Positions 1 to 9,634 of a stretch of 64,000 bases of DNA are shown in pieces. A program made the position numbers and the translations under genes. A model generated the notes under the pieces. It made no database searches. It was not told the DNA's origin and saw nothing but the letters and a program-made list of their open reading frames with translations. Source of the stretch: Escherichia phage vB_EcoM_005; sequence record MK295203. One strand, written 5' to 3'. Position 1 is the stretch's first letter, and the number at the start of each line of letters is the position of its first letter.

Positions 1-1
1 T

Positions 2-847
2 ATGTCACAGGCAATTAATCAAATTCGTTCTGAAGTTAAAAAAGTTATTAAATTTGGTCGTATTCCACTGAATAAAGAAGTGGTTGAAAAGGTTTTGGCC
101 ATGATGTGGGAAAAGTTTGAAGTTTGTATTTCTGTAGATGAATTCACTAAAATCTTTGACAAGACTAAAGGTTTGTTTACGTTAGAAGACCGAGTCATGA
201 AATCTCTTCACAGGGCCGGTATGTTGACTCGTGCTAACGCCAGAATTATTCTTAGAAATTATAACAAAGGCTATGACCTCTACGGTCGTTTAATCCCGGC
301 GATGTCATTTGATGAAGTTGTTAAAGACCTTAATGCCAACCAACGACGTCTACTGGCTCTTGGCGCTCGCCTTGCAAAAGGTCTTGATAAACAAATGACC
401 TTTAAGACCAATGGTTCAGGCGATTGGATTATCTTTAGTATTGTTAACCACCCCAGAAATGAAAATGAGTATACTATTTCCCATTACAGTGGATGTCAAT
501 ACGACAACTGGAAGTTCCATCTGCGCTTAGCCCTGTCTGAATTAGAACAGCATGGTGTTCTTAGTTTTGGTGATGCCGAAACTGGAGTGGGTCAGCGTAT
601 TAAACTTTATAAAATTAAAGACCTGGCTGAAGAGCCTTCAGAACAAGCTCCTAAACCGGAACCTGTGCCAGTGCGCAGCAATGAGAAGCATCAATCCCAG
701 ATTGAGTATTTTAGCAATTTGCTTACTTGCTTGAATGTTACAATCCAACAACAAGATGATGAGATTTTCCGACTCTCTGGTCTGAATGCTAAAGCTAAGG
801 CTGAACGTCAAAAATATATCGATATCCTAAATCTTCTTAAGGATTAA
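2..847 (+). CDS. hypothetical protein (may be truncated at window edge)
   Basis: 281-aa ORF in the same orientation as the early gene block; no recognisable motif. Confidence 0.4.
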   Translation: MSQAINQIRSEVKKVIKFGRIPLNKEVVEKVLAMMWEKFEVCISVDEFTKIFDKTKGLFTLEDRVMKSLHRAGMLTRANARIILRNYNKGYDLYGRLIPAMSFDEVVKDLNANQRRLLALGARLAKGLDKQMTFKTNGSGDWIIFSIVNHPRNENEYTISHYSGCQYDNWKFHLRLALSELEQHGVLSFGDAETGVGQRIKLYKIKDLAEEPSEQAPKPEPVPVRSNEKHQSQIEYFSNLLTCLNVTIQQQDDEIFRLSGLNAKAKAERQKYIDILNLLKD

Positions 848-848
848 T

Positions 849-1064
849 ATGGCTACTTTAATTATTGGTTCTATTTTTGGATACCTTGTGATAGGATTCA
901 TTACTACCGTATTAATCCATAAATTCGATGGCCATTTTGAAAGAGGTGACAAGTATGATGCAGTATTCACTACCCTTGCATGGCCTATATTCTGGATTGT
1001 ATGTATTGTTTTGGTAGTAGTGTGGCCTATGGCTAAATTCTATGAAAAATTATTTGGACTTTAA
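849..1064 (+). CDS. small membrane protein
   Basis: 71 aa with two hydrophobic segments; ATG 1 nt after the upstream stop. Confidence 0.4.
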   Translation: MATLIIGSIFGYLVIGFITTVLIHKFDGHFERGDKYDAVFTTLAWPIFWIVCIVLVVVWPMAKFYEKLFGL

Positions 1065-1065
1065 T

Positions 1066-1848
1066 ATGAACATTAAAACACGTAAAGAATATTCTCGATA
1101 TGATTTTGATACCACACGTCGTATCGCTATTGACCGTCTGGCAGACTTTGGCCATATTTGTAATGGTAATTATACTTATGGTGTAGGTCGTAAAGGAACT
1201 TATATTGGTTCTTTGAACGATTATTGCCGTTGCCCGGCCCACCTGTTTGGTGCAACATTGCGAGCTAATATCAAAGACCTCTTGGCTACAGCAGGGCGTA
1301 TTTCTACGGTTCCTGTTAATATCAAAAATATTAATTTTACAGCTCGTAACCTGGTCATTAATATTTTGGCAGACGGTATTCAAGTTCGTTTCCGTCCTAC
1401 CTCAAAAGGTAATAAAGCCCTTCGTGAAGCATTTGAAACCGTTAATGTTAAACTAACTCGCGAATATCTTTTGTCTTACGCCCCTTATCAATCCCAACAA
1501 AAGGAACCACAAATGGAACGTCGTATCTCTATCTCTACATCTGCGGTATCATGTGACAGCGTAGGCCAGTATGCAGCCTATGACAAATTCAAAACCACCG
1601 CTGTGCCGAGTCCATTCAATTCCAAACCGTATCATTGGAAAATTGCACCTGATAATTCTATGGTGGTTACTAACCCTACGATGAAACCTATCGAGAAGTA
1701 TCATGAGGACTACATCCAGGAATCAATCCACCGTTTAAACGGTCAAATCGAAGATGAGAAAAAGAGTATCCAAGACGTATTGATTCGTATCAAGAACATG
1801 GAACTCCAGCGTGACAAGCTCCGCGCGGCAGTATTAGCTCTAAAATAA
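1066..1848 (+). CDS. hypothetical protein
   Basis: 260-aa ORF; ATG immediately after upstream stop (track ORF 1042 uses an earlier in-frame start). Confidence 0.45.
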   Translation: MNIKTRKEYSRYDFDTTRRIAIDRLADFGHICNGNYTYGVGRKGTYIGSLNDYCRCPAHLFGATLRANIKDLLATAGRISTVPVNIKNINFTARNLVINILADGIQVRFRPTSKGNKALREAFETVNVKLTREYLLSYAPYQSQQKEPQMERRISISTSAVSCDSVGQYAAYDKFKTTAVPSPFNSKPYHWKIAPDNSMVVTNPTMKPIEKYHEDYIQESIHRLNGQIEDEKKSIQDVLIRIKNMELQRDKLRAAVLALK

Positions 1849-1849
1849 T

Positions 1850-1879
1850 GTTTACATCCAAGGATGGATGGAGTATAAT
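1850..1879 (+). promoter_or_regulatory. T4-type early promoter (GTTTAC -35, 18-nt spacer, TATAAT -10)
   Basis: GTTTAC at 1850-1855, TATAAT at 1874-1879, followed by leader and GAGGAG RBS before ATG 1908. Confidence 0.5.
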
Positions 1880-1907
1880 CCTTTTATCAACTACTGAGGA
1901 GAATATC

Positions 1908-2819
1908 ATGACTCGTACTGAATACATCAATGCCTTTACTACGTATATCACTGCTGCCACCCCTCCATTAACCCCATACGAGGTAATAGTTTCTAATATC
2001 AATAAATGGGTAGACCAAATTGATGAAGCACTATCTGGTTGTTTCAAAGATGAAATCGAAAAGATTGCGAGTCGTTTGTTTATTTCTGATATCACGGAAA
2101 CTTTTAAAGGTTCTCGTTTGCTTTCACGCCTGGTCAATAAGGACATCCTTTCAGAGTTTGGCAAAGAGAAACATCCAGGTTCCAGCCATGTTGTTAGCTA
2201 TCAATGGTTTGGTGACGTTTTAAAAAGCTATGTCAAAATTAAAGGTGCCGATCCTAGTGGCCTATTTCCACAACGTTGGGCTGGTGAATTTAAGGCTAAC
2301 TCCGCATTAATTCTAAAAGCAGCAACCAAAACCTTTGTAAAGGGTGATTGTCGTACTATCCACCCTATGGCTAATTGCATGATTAAAACAAACAGCTATA
2401 AAGGGAAGGTACTTATTTCTATTATTTGGTCGCCTAGTCGGAAACCTAAAGAAGTTGAAGTTTCGAAATACCACGATATTTCCTACAATACCCTGAATAT
2501 GGTAGAACAGGCTTTAGCTTTGATGGATACAGTAGAGAAATATGAGATTCAAGAAATCAAACACCACTTAGGCTGGAAAGGATATGAAGTTTTAGTAACA
2601 GTTCGCGAAATCAAATGCCCTGTTCCAAAAACCGACGCTGAAATTTATCAAGAAAAATGTGAGGAAATTGTGAACACTGATAAAGAGCCTGCAACCTTAG
2701 AAGACCTGATTGATGAGCTGAATAGCCCGAGGCTATTGGCCTGTGCACAAATTACTAAATCCAAGTTACCAGAAGTCGTTGCGGACCGTCTTGAACAGGC
2801 TCTGGAGCTGCTGAAATGA
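1908..2819 (+). CDS. hypothetical protein
   Basis: 303 aa; start set at ATG preceded by GAGGAG RBS and early promoter. Confidence 0.5.
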   Translation: MTRTEYINAFTTYITAATPPLTPYEVIVSNINKWVDQIDEALSGCFKDEIEKIASRLFISDITETFKGSRLLSRLVNKDILSEFGKEKHPGSSHVVSYQWFGDVLKSYVKIKGADPSGLFPQRWAGEFKANSALILKAATKTFVKGDCRTIHPMANCMIKTNSYKGKVLISIIWSPSRKPKEVEVSKYHDISYNTLNMVEQALALMDTVEKYEIQEIKHHLGWKGYEVLVTVREIKCPVPKTDAEIYQEKCEEIVNTDKEPATLEDLIDELNSPRLLACAQITKSKLPEVVADRLEQALELLK

Positions 2820-3148
2820 AACAACGTTTAGCTGAAGATATTGCTTCAACAACCAATACAGGTTTATTGGAATTTATTAAAGCCGAGGATGTTGAAGCTG
2901 AATTGGTTGGTAAGATTCATGGTGATGAGTATAGTGATGTCGTTAATTGGGACGCTGTGATGGCCATGGTTGAACGTCGTGAAAAAGCTTCTAAGAACGT
3001 TCCGAACTGTCCTATGTGTGGAACTGAACAGGTCCAGTTGGTTCAATGGCGGCATAATCCACTTCAGTATAAATGTCGCATGTGTAAACACAAATTTGAG
3101 CGAGACGAAAATGGCAAAGCGCAAAGAATATGTAGAGGCGGCCGATAA
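2816..3148 (+). CDS. zinc-ribbon protein
   Basis: CPMCG...CRMCKHKF cysteine pairs; ATGA overlap with upstream gene. Confidence 0.45.
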   Translation: MKQRLAEDIASTTNTGLLEFIKAEDVEAELVGKIHGDEYSDVVNWDAVMAMVERREKASKNVPNCPMCGTEQVQLVQWRHNPLQYKCRMCKHKFERDENGKAQRICRGGR

Positions 3149-3347
3149 GGCGGTCCGCGAACTTACTCTAGCTTATTATAAAGAGCACGGTAAATTTCCT
3201 GACAGTTATTCAGTTTTAAAATCTGCTTTAACTCGCTCGTATAATAATATACTATCTGATGTGTATGATTTAAAATATGAGCACATGGAAAAATATGGAA
3301 CAGAACTTGACCGTTCTGAAGCATTCAAACAAATATTAGGAATTTAA
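3111..3347 (+). CDS. hypothetical protein
   Basis: 78-aa ORF from internal ATG of track ORF 2970-3347. Confidence 0.4.
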   Translation: MAKRKEYVEAADKAVRELTLAYYKEHGKFPDSYSVLKSALTRSYNNILSDVYDLKYEHMEKYGTELDRSEAFKQILGI

Positions 3348-3348
3348 A

Positions 3349-3513
3349 ATGGATGTGATGCCGGAAAAAGGTGTATTTGATGATGAGAAGATTGCTGAAC
3401 TCCTGGCTTCTCTTGGACGTGAATCTCAGGTAGGTTTGACTATGCCTCAGGTATTTGCTCCGGACGGAACTTCTATTGGTGGCTTTGACCAATTGCGAGC
3501 ATATTTCAAATGA
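3349..3513 (+). pseudogene. nrdC: thioredoxin NrdC, C-terminal remnant lacking the CxxC half
   Basis: 54-aa ORF MDVMPEKGVFDDEKIAELL...TMPQVFAPDG..IGGFDQLRAYFK matches my recollection of the C-terminal two thirds of T4 NrdC; no N-terminal CxxC segment in any frame upstream. Confidence 0.5.
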
Positions 3514-3800
3514 TTGAATTAAATGAACAGACTATTTTTCTAGGTGATGGTACCGAAGATGACCTGGAATATAAACTATACGAATATATGGTTTGGCTGG
3601 CTAAAGCAGAAGGTATTGACTTTGCTGTAGCTCACCCGTATGGCGAGAACACCGTTGTAATCGGTGGCACTGCTTATGAAGTCCAATGGCAATACGTTGG
3701 GCTTGAATCCGAAGAATTTGAAGAAGATGAACACGGTGATTGGCACCCAGTCGGCCCTTGGTACTGGGAAGATGGTGAACCCGATTTTGAAGTAGCATAA
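3510..3800 (+). CDS. hypothetical acidic protein
   Basis: 96-aa ORF, ATGA start/stop overlap. Confidence 0.45.
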   Translation: MIELNEQTIFLGDGTEDDLEYKLYEYMVWLAKAEGIDFAVAHPYGENTVVIGGTAYEVQWQYVGLESEEFEEDEHGDWHPVGPWYWEDGEPDFEVA

Positions 3801-3941
3801 AGGCCGTCTGATTGAACATTCGCTTTATGAACTTTCGGATTCAGGTTCTTTACCTGACCTAGAATCCGATTTGATTAAAGCTGCTGCTGACTATATCCAT
3901 TGGCTTGAAGCTCAACTTCGCTTTGCTGATAAGGCGTTCTG

Positions 3942-4118
3942 ATGAAAACTAAATTAGTCTATACCGAAAAGTTGGATGGCAGTAAGGTCTGGAAACTTCT
4001 TATCAAAGGAAGTCCTACCGACCAGTTTATGGCCACCTGTGTAGGATTGTATACTCGCCCTACCAAAAAGATGATTCGTCAATTTAAACGGTTGCATCGT
4101 TCGTTCTATAATGTTTAA
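3942..4118 (+). CDS. hypothetical protein
   Basis: 58-aa ORF (below track cutoff), TGATG overlap with preceding reading frame. Confidence 0.3.
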   Translation: MKTKLVYTEKLDGSKVWKLLIKGSPTDQFMATCVGLYTRPTKKMIRQFKRLHRSFYNV

Positions 4119-4156
4119 TAAATACCTATATCTAATTATTATTAAAGGTATAGGTC

Positions 4157-5131
4157 ATGCAAGATTTCGGACATTGGGCGGTATTTGAAGAAACCGATAT
4201 TAAAAACCATATTGGATTTGTATACGTAATCACTTTTGAAGATGGCAAAAAATATGTAGGTGCTAAAAAGATTTGGAAACGAATTAAAGCTGCACCTTGC
4301 ACATTTAAACGCGGCCCTAAAAAAGGATTTGAAGAATCTGATTGGAAAACCTATACCTCATCATCTAATGAACTAAACGCAATGATAGAAAAGGGTATAA
4401 GTCCTAAAGAGTACCTTATTGTAGGATGGTATCCTACTTGGGGTAAAACTCTTATGGCAGAAATGGAAATGCAATTAGCCAATGATGTTTTACGAGACCC
4501 TATGTGGCTTAACAAGCAAATTGGCGGACATTTCAACCCTAACTGCTTTGACGATTTAACCGCTGACGAAGTTGGCAAGTATATTAAATCTGGGTGGCAA
4601 TTTGGTCGTTCTAAAACAGAAAAACATTCTGTTACCTATAATTGCTCTAAATTTACTATATGGGACTATCAAGAAAATAAAGCAGTGGAAGTTCTAAATC
4701 AAAATGAGTTTGCTCGTAATAATGATTTAAGTAGCAACCATCTAACTAGACTACTTCAAGGAACTCTCGACCTTATTAAAGATCGCTGGGGACTTCCACC
4801 AGATATTGCTCGTCAGCGTTATAAATTTCAGGACGTTTCTTCAGGAACAAAATTTTTATCTAATTCTGAGTTAGAAGAATTTTACGGTATGACTCGCGGT
4901 CAGGCTAACAAAGCCGTTAAAGATGGAAGAGCCGTTAAATTGGTAGTCGAAAGCAAAGAAGACCACATTAAAAAACTTGGCTCTATCGAATTGGTAAAAA
5001 CCGAAAAGACAAAAGTTACGTCTCAAGTAATGCTTAACAGTTTTAAAGATATAGTTAATCCTATGACCACTGCCGAAAAATCAGAAATGATTGAATGGTT
5101 GGAAAGTTATATAACTTATTTGAAATCTTAA
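4157..5131 (+). CDS. GIY-YIG homing endonuclease (seg-like)
   Basis: N-terminal GFVYVITFEDGKKYVGAKK (GIY...YVG) motif; 324 aa typical of free-standing T-even seg genes. Confidence 0.6.
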   Translation: MQDFGHWAVFEETDIKNHIGFVYVITFEDGKKYVGAKKIWKRIKAAPCTFKRGPKKGFEESDWKTYTSSSNELNAMIEKGISPKEYLIVGWYPTWGKTLMAEMEMQLANDVLRDPMWLNKQIGGHFNPNCFDDLTADEVGKYIKSGWQFGRSKTEKHSVTYNCSKFTIWDYQENKAVEVLNQNEFARNNDLSSNHLTRLLQGTLDLIKDRWGLPPDIARQRYKFQDVSSGTKFLSNSELEEFYGMTRGQANKAVKDGRAVKLVVESKEDHIKKLGSIELVKTEKTKVTSQVMLNSFKDIVNPMTTAEKSEMIEWLESYITYLKS

Positions 5132-5260
5132 TGAGGAAATCGCTTAAATGATTAATTTTTATGGCTATACATTTTATGCTTTAGCCGAATCTCTGAACGA
5201 TGCGGTTCGTATTATGGGTGTTGAGTATCCTGCTCAATGGATATTTGTTGTAACTAATAC

Positions 5261-5488
5261 ATGGACTATCGTATGAACAAATTTCGTAATGCCGTTTCCG
5301 ATATCCTGGCTAATATCACATTAGTTCTGTTTATCGTATGCCTTTTAATCCTGGCTATTCCGTTTGGATTGCTGTTCATGATTATTGGTGCTCTGAGTAC
5401 TGAAAAAGGTCTTGAAGGGTCCGAGTTCGACAAACGAATCCAGGCTGTTCATAGTGTTATTTCTAAAATGATGAAGGTGAAAGAATGA
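5261..5488 (+). CDS. small membrane protein
   Basis: 75 aa with one long hydrophobic stretch. Confidence 0.4.
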   Translation: MDYRMNKFRNAVSDILANITLVLFIVCLLILAIPFGLLFMIIGALSTEKGLEGSEFDKRIQAVHSVISKMMKVKE

Positions 5489-5784
5489 AACGTTTTGAAG
5501 AATATGTAGCTACTAATTGGACCGCATGGGACAAGTTTGGTGATGATTGGTACTTCCATGACTGTGACCTGAACCCGGAATTCTTTGTCGATAAGGAAGA
5601 AGACCTTAAAGACATCTATGCTCTGTCAGAGATTCATGGTATTAAACCAACCGTTTATTTCTCTTTCGATGACACAGGTTTTCTTGTACAGGTTTACGTC
5701 CCATACAACACTAATGATGACGAAGAAGTTATCAAAACTTGGGACTACCAAGGAGTTATTTCCTATGGACCAAAAGTTAACTAA
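5485..5784 (+). CDS. hypothetical acidic protein
   Basis: 99-aa ORF with ATGA overlap. Confidence 0.45.
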   Translation: MKRFEEYVATNWTAWDKFGDDWYFHDCDLNPEFFVDKEEDLKDIYALSEIHGIKPTVYFSFDDTGFLVQVYVPYNTNDDEEVIKTWDYQGVISYGPKVN

Positions 5785-5983
5785 AATCGAAATCTACGGT
5801 ATCCCTGAGACAGTCATGGATGACAAGCCTCTTATAGTATCATTGGCCAAACGTGCCGGCTTCAAGAGCTTAGCGATACGCTATCCTGTCATATTTGTCG
5901 ATAATAAGAAAATAGAAAATATTCCTGCCTTTAAGTCACTTTTGATTGAACTTGGTTATGACCGAGATTTAATTGAAGATTAG
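5765..5983 (+). CDS. hypothetical protein
   Basis: 72-aa ORF starting MDQKLTK inside track ORF 5585-5983. Confidence 0.35.
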   Translation: MDQKLTKIEIYGIPETVMDDKPLIVSLAKRAGFKSLAIRYPVIFVDNKKIENIPAFKSLLIELGYDRDLIED

Positions 5984-5984
5984 T

Positions 5985-6013
5985 GTTTACTTCCTCTCCT
6001 CACGTGTTATAGT
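5985..6013 (+). promoter_or_regulatory. T4-type early promoter
   Basis: GTTTAC 5985-5990, 17-nt spacer, TATAGT 6008-6013, then CCTATCAAC leader and GAGGAG RBS. Confidence 0.5.
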
Positions 6014-6042
6014 CTATCCTATCAACACATGAGGAGAACATT

Positions 6043-6219
6043 ATGACTATCCAAGATAAAGAAATTAAAGTCAACCAGTATTATTCAATCAACGGCAAAG
6101 CTGTTCTAGTAACTGAAATATCTAGCCTGGATGTGTGGTATACCATAATTGACCTTAATATTAAAATGATTTGTGACCGTGGTGTATTTTGTTCGATAGC
6201 TAAGGAAATCAAATTATGA
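6043..6219 (+). CDS. hypothetical protein
   Basis: 58-aa ORF directly downstream of early promoter and RBS. Confidence 0.35.
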   Translation: MTIQDKEIKVNQYYSINGKAVLVTEISSLDVWYTIIDLNIKMICDRGVFCSIAKEIKL

Positions 6220-6470
6220 GCCTGAAATTACATTCAATGAAAAATGTCGTCACCCTTAATCTTGATGATGAACGTTTGATTTTTATCACCACCACAGATA
6301 AAAATATTGAAATCGCTAACGGCCCGAAAACTTATTGCTGTCCTGTTAAGAATTGGAAACGCGTAACATTTCTTACTCTGGCCGAACGCCTGAAAGATAT
6401 TAAGTTAGATTTGGATGTCAAAGATGTCCAATATATTAAAAATCTTATTGGATACAAACTGCTGAGGTAA
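6216..6470 (+). CDS. hypothetical protein
   Basis: 84-aa ORF, ATGA overlap. Confidence 0.45.
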   Translation: MSLKLHSMKNVVTLNLDDERLIFITTTDKNIEIANGPKTYCCPVKNWKRVTFLTLAERLKDIKLDLDVKDVQYIKNLIGYKLLR

Positions 6471-6472
6471 CT

Positions 6473-6766
6473 ATGGGTAAAACTATTCGTCGTAAAGAAT
6501 TGTCTGTAAAAGATTTTTATTATTCTGGACGCCGTAAAGCACCGGACGGCGTAAGTCAGGATTTGGTTGAAGAAAATATCTTCCGTTCTGACAAGTGGAA
6601 ACGTATGAGAGGCGTTGATTCCGAAGTTAAGAATGAAATGAACCGCCAACTTCGTAAAGAAGTGAGAAAGCTGAAAAAAGATGTTTACAACGACGATGAA
6701 CCTGATTACAATACTTCTCATCGAGTTGCAAAACGTAAATCAAACGAGTGTTATCGTTACAGCTGA
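6473..6766 (+). CDS. hypothetical basic protein
   Basis: 97 aa, Lys/Arg-rich. Confidence 0.45.
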   Translation: MGKTIRRKELSVKDFYYSGRRKAPDGVSQDLVEENIFRSDKWKRMRGVDSEVKNEMNRQLRKEVRKLKKDVYNDDEPDYNTSHRVAKRKSNECYRYS

Positions 6767-6773
6767 GGAAAAT

Positions 6774-6905
6774 ATGAATATTAAACGAATGCTTTTTAAG
6801 CAAGGGTTATATACTTTAAATTCTGCTCCAAAAGGCGATACAACCAAGGGGTCAGTAAATGACTGGGTTAAATTCATTGATGAAAATGGCAATTGGAAAA
6901 TTTAA
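6774..6905 (+). CDS. hypothetical protein
   Basis: 43-aa ORF with GAGGAA RBS. Confidence 0.3.
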   Translation: MNIKRMLFKQGLYTLNSAPKGDTTKGSVNDWVKFIDENGNWKI

Positions 6906-7106
6906 ATGAATCCTGAATCTAAATTATCACAGCGAATTGCTGAAGCTCGTCGTCAGTTCTTTGAAAATATGATGGCTCAAGGTATTGATGACGAAGTTTT
7001 TCTGAACTGGTTTTGGAATCACAAATATTCAGCTTGTTCAGGCGCTTTGTTAATTTCCGCAGCAATGATGTATGAAGGCTGGAAAGGTGCTAAAGCACAA
7101 AAATAG
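6906..7106 (+). CDS. hypothetical protein
   Basis: 66-aa ORF. Confidence 0.4.
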   Translation: MNPESKLSQRIAEARRQFFENMMAQGIDDEVFLNWFWNHKYSACSGALLISAAMMYEGWKGAKAQK

Positions 7107-7135
7107 TTTACAAACTCTTGGGACCAGAGTATAAT
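7106..7135 (+). promoter_or_regulatory. T4-type early promoter
   Basis: GTTTAC 7106-7111, TATAAT 7130-7135. Confidence 0.5.
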
Positions 7136-7174
7136 GGTCCTACGGATTATAACTTTAAAACTGAGGAAATTATT

Positions 7175-7504
7175 ATGTCACAAGCTATTAAAAACGTACT
7201 GAACTCTTTCGCTTTCGATAAAGTAAACGAACTGATGAAAACTGGTTTTGTAACTCCTCAGGTTCTTGACCAATGGGTTGCTGAACTGTTACCAATCATG
7301 CACTCTAAAGACCAGAAAATTGGTAAGAATGGTATTCGTGAAATCCTGGTTCAATATATCCTTGATGAATTCGATGTCGCAGCCTTTGGTGTCGAATCTA
7401 AAGCTTGGGCCCCTGGTGAAATCTCTGATAAAACTATCCGTCGTATGAAGAACCAGCGTAAGAAAAAATTCGTTGACCTTAAAATTGTTAAGGCGGCGAA
7501 ATGA
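7175..7504 (+). CDS. hypothetical protein
   Basis: 109 aa; start at ATG after GAGGAA RBS. Confidence 0.5.
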   Translation: MSQAIKNVLNSFAFDKVNELMKTGFVTPQVLDQWVAELLPIMHSKDQKIGKNGIREILVQYILDEFDVAAFGVESKAWAPGEISDKTIRRMKNQRKKKFVDLKIVKAAK

Positions 7505-7767
7505 TTAAAATAAAACTCTCTAATTACGATAAAAACTTGGAAATGATTGCTATGAAAGAAGAACTCCTGAATGATGTCCGCTTTACAGGTTATGCAGTTC
7601 AATTTAATGGTGATGGGGTTCTTCAAATTGAAGGCGACCACTTTATTATTGAATACGAATTTAAACAGTATTGGCTTTACGCGAAGGACGAAGTTGGCGG
7701 TGTTGATTACGTCGACGAGTTCGATAACCTAGATGATGCCTTGGAAGGAGCTCGATTCCTACAATGA
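7501..7767 (+). CDS. hypothetical protein
   Basis: 88-aa ORF, ATGA overlap. Confidence 0.45.
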   Translation: MIKIKLSNYDKNLEMIAMKEELLNDVRFTGYAVQFNGDGVLQIEGDHFIIEYEFKQYWLYAKDEVGGVDYVDEFDNLDDALEGARFLQ

Positions 7768-8027
7768 AACCCATATCCACCACCCTCGCCTACGAAGGTC
7801 TCGGATTTTTCTTAATAGATAACTGTATGGATGTTGAGTTTGTTTGTGGTGAGACTTCTTTAGTATGGAAGTCTCATATTTCCAAATACAACCATCGTGA
7901 ATATCCAGGTCTTTTTAAAGAATTTTGTGGATATATGTCTGAACACGGGTGTACTGATACAATTTCTTATTCCGAGTTCATACAAATCCTTGAAACAGTA
8001 TTTCAGGCTTATTGCTTACTCCGTTGA
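7764..8027 (+). CDS. hypothetical protein
   Basis: 87-aa ORF, ATGA overlap. Confidence 0.45.
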   Translation: MKPISTTLAYEGLGFFLIDNCMDVEFVCGETSLVWKSHISKYNHREYPGLFKEFCGYMSEHGCTDTISYSEFIQILETVFQAYCLLR

Positions 8028-8054
8028 TGCTTTAAAAGGGTCTTCAAATACTAT
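8028..8054 (+). promoter_or_regulatory. possible middle promoter (MotA-box-like TGCTTTA plus -10)
   Basis: TGCTTTA at 8028-8034, TACTAT at 8049-8054, upstream of gene 55. Confidence 0.3.
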
Positions 8055-8093
8055 GATATAATAGACCTATGATTTGAGTTATCTGAGGTAACA

Positions 8094-8651
8094 ATGACCA
8101 AAATTAAACTGACTAAAAATAATTATGTAAATAACAAGGAGCTTCTTAAAGCTATTACAAGTTGGAAGCAGGAATTATATGCTAATACCGACCCTAATAA
8201 AATCATTAGACAAAATGATACTATAGGATTGGCTATTATGCTTATAGCAGAAGGCCTCAGCAAGCGTTTCAACTTCTCAGGATATACCCAATCTTGGCGG
8301 CAGGAAATGATAGCTGATGGAATCGAAGCTTCGATTAAAGGTCTTCACAACTTCGACGAAACAAAATATGACAACCCACATGCATATATCACTATGGCTT
8401 GTTTTAATGCCTTCGTTCAGCGTATCAAAAAAGAACGTAAAGAAATGGCAAAGAAATATAGCTACTTCGTCCATAATGTCTATGACAGCAATGATGACGA
8501 CATGGTAGGTATTGCAGATGAAACCTTTATCCAAGATATCTACGACAAAATGACTCAGTATGAAACCTCTTTAACTAAAGCACCAGGGTCTGATAAGAGT
8601 GCCGAACCTAAAGTTGGTGAACTGGATTTTTTATATGGAACATCAGATTAA
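8094..8651 (+). CDS. 55: late-transcription sigma factor gp55
   Basis: 185 aa; long blocks ([51 protein letters not shown]) match my recollection of T4 gp55. Confidence 0.9.
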   Translation: MTKIKLTKNNYVNNKELLKAITSWKQELYANTDPNKIIRQNDTIGLAIMLIAEGLSKRFNFSGYTQSWRQEMIADGIEASIKGLHNFDETKYDNPHAYITMACFNAFVQRIKKERKEMAKKYSYFVHNVYDSNDDDMVGIADETFIQDIYDKMTQYETSLTKAPGSDKSAEPKVGELDFLYGTSD

Positions 8652-8865
8652 TATCACTCCACTTTTAGATGGAATGGAAGACTTCGAAGCACTCCCTTAT
8701 TTTATTAAATTGATATTACGGGATGTTAAAGGCCTTCCTATTGATATTGACCCACTTAACGTCAGGAATATTGAATTCACTTCTCCTGACAATAACGTAG
8801 ATTATCGTTATCATGTTGAGAACGCTAATTTCTACTTCACTATTGAATTGACTCCAAAGGATTAA
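8635..8865 (+). CDS. hypothetical protein
   Basis: 76-aa ORF overlapping the end of gene 55. Confidence 0.35.
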   Translation: MEHQINITPLLDGMEDFEALPYFIKLILRDVKGLPIDIDPLNVRNIEFTSPDNNVDYRYHVENANFYFTIELTPKD

Positions 8866-8866
8866 T

Positions 8867-9178
8867 ATGCAAAGCCATGACATTTCTCAATTGACTGATG
8901 AGCAAATTGAAGAAGCCCAGCAACGTTTAGAAGAGCACAATATTAAAGAAGCTAATTCTCAAGCGGCTAAGATTCTTAAGAAGAATGCTCGTGAAATCCG
9001 TCGTTTAAATCTCCATGCCCAAGGCGCTGTACTTGAAAACAACTTTGAAGCATATAAGTACGCTTTAATTAAATTACGTGGTATTTACCGTCAACCTGTT
9101 ACTGATGAACTTGTTCAATTGATGTGGGAATCTACCCGCAAACAAATTTGGGAAATCGTCAATGGCTCTAGTAAATAA
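8867..9178 (+). CDS. hypothetical protein
   Basis: 103-aa ORF. Confidence 0.45.
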   Translation: MQSHDISQLTDEQIEEAQQRLEEHNIKEANSQAAKILKKNAREIRRLNLHAQGAVLENNFEAYKYALIKLRGIYRQPVTDELVQLMWESTRKQIWEIVNGSSK

Positions 9179-9362
9179 ACCCTTTAAACGGCTTCTTATT
9201 GGAGCCGCCTTTAGACTTCGCTCATACGGTAATATCTGTATTAAGCAGTCCGAAACCGAATACAAAATGATGGGCCAATATTCTGATGGTATTTTTAAGA
9301 TTGAGCCTGTAGCCAAGGTTTGGGTAGATTCGCACCAACTTAAGAAATGGTGGCAACGATGA
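9162..9362 (+). CDS. hypothetical protein
   Basis: 66-aa ORF. Confidence 0.35.
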   Translation: MALVNKPFKRLLIGAAFRLRSYGNICIKQSETEYKMMGQYSDGIFKIEPVAKVWVDSHQLKKWWQR

Positions 9363-9420
9363 TAACATGGACAGGTGGCTAATGAAAGACGAATACGAAA
9401 AAGTTTAAGAGGTTGTATGA

Positions 9421-9594
9421 ATGACGAATTCGATGGATTTTGATAAGATTAAATCTGACAAAAACGAGATGATTCTTCAATTTGAAGCCGCTCGTATTAA
9501 AGCAGAAAACGAAGGTACTATTACATATAAGCCTATCAAGTTCAGGTCTTCTCATGAACCTCTGTATGGTGTATTAGTTGGTAAAGGAGCTTAG
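9421..9594 (+). CDS. hypothetical protein
   Basis: 57-aa ORF followed directly by a terminator hairpin. Confidence 0.3.
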   Translation: MTNSMDFDKIKSDKNEMILQFEAARIKAENEGTITYKPIKFRSSHEPLYGVLVGKGA

Positions 9595-9605
9595 GCTCCT
9601 TTTTT
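9586..9605 (+). terminator. rho-independent terminator
   Basis: GGAGC-TTAG-GCTCC hairpin followed by TTTTTT. Confidence 0.5.
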
Positions 9606-9634
9606 GCTTTCTGAATGGATGATAAAATAAATCT

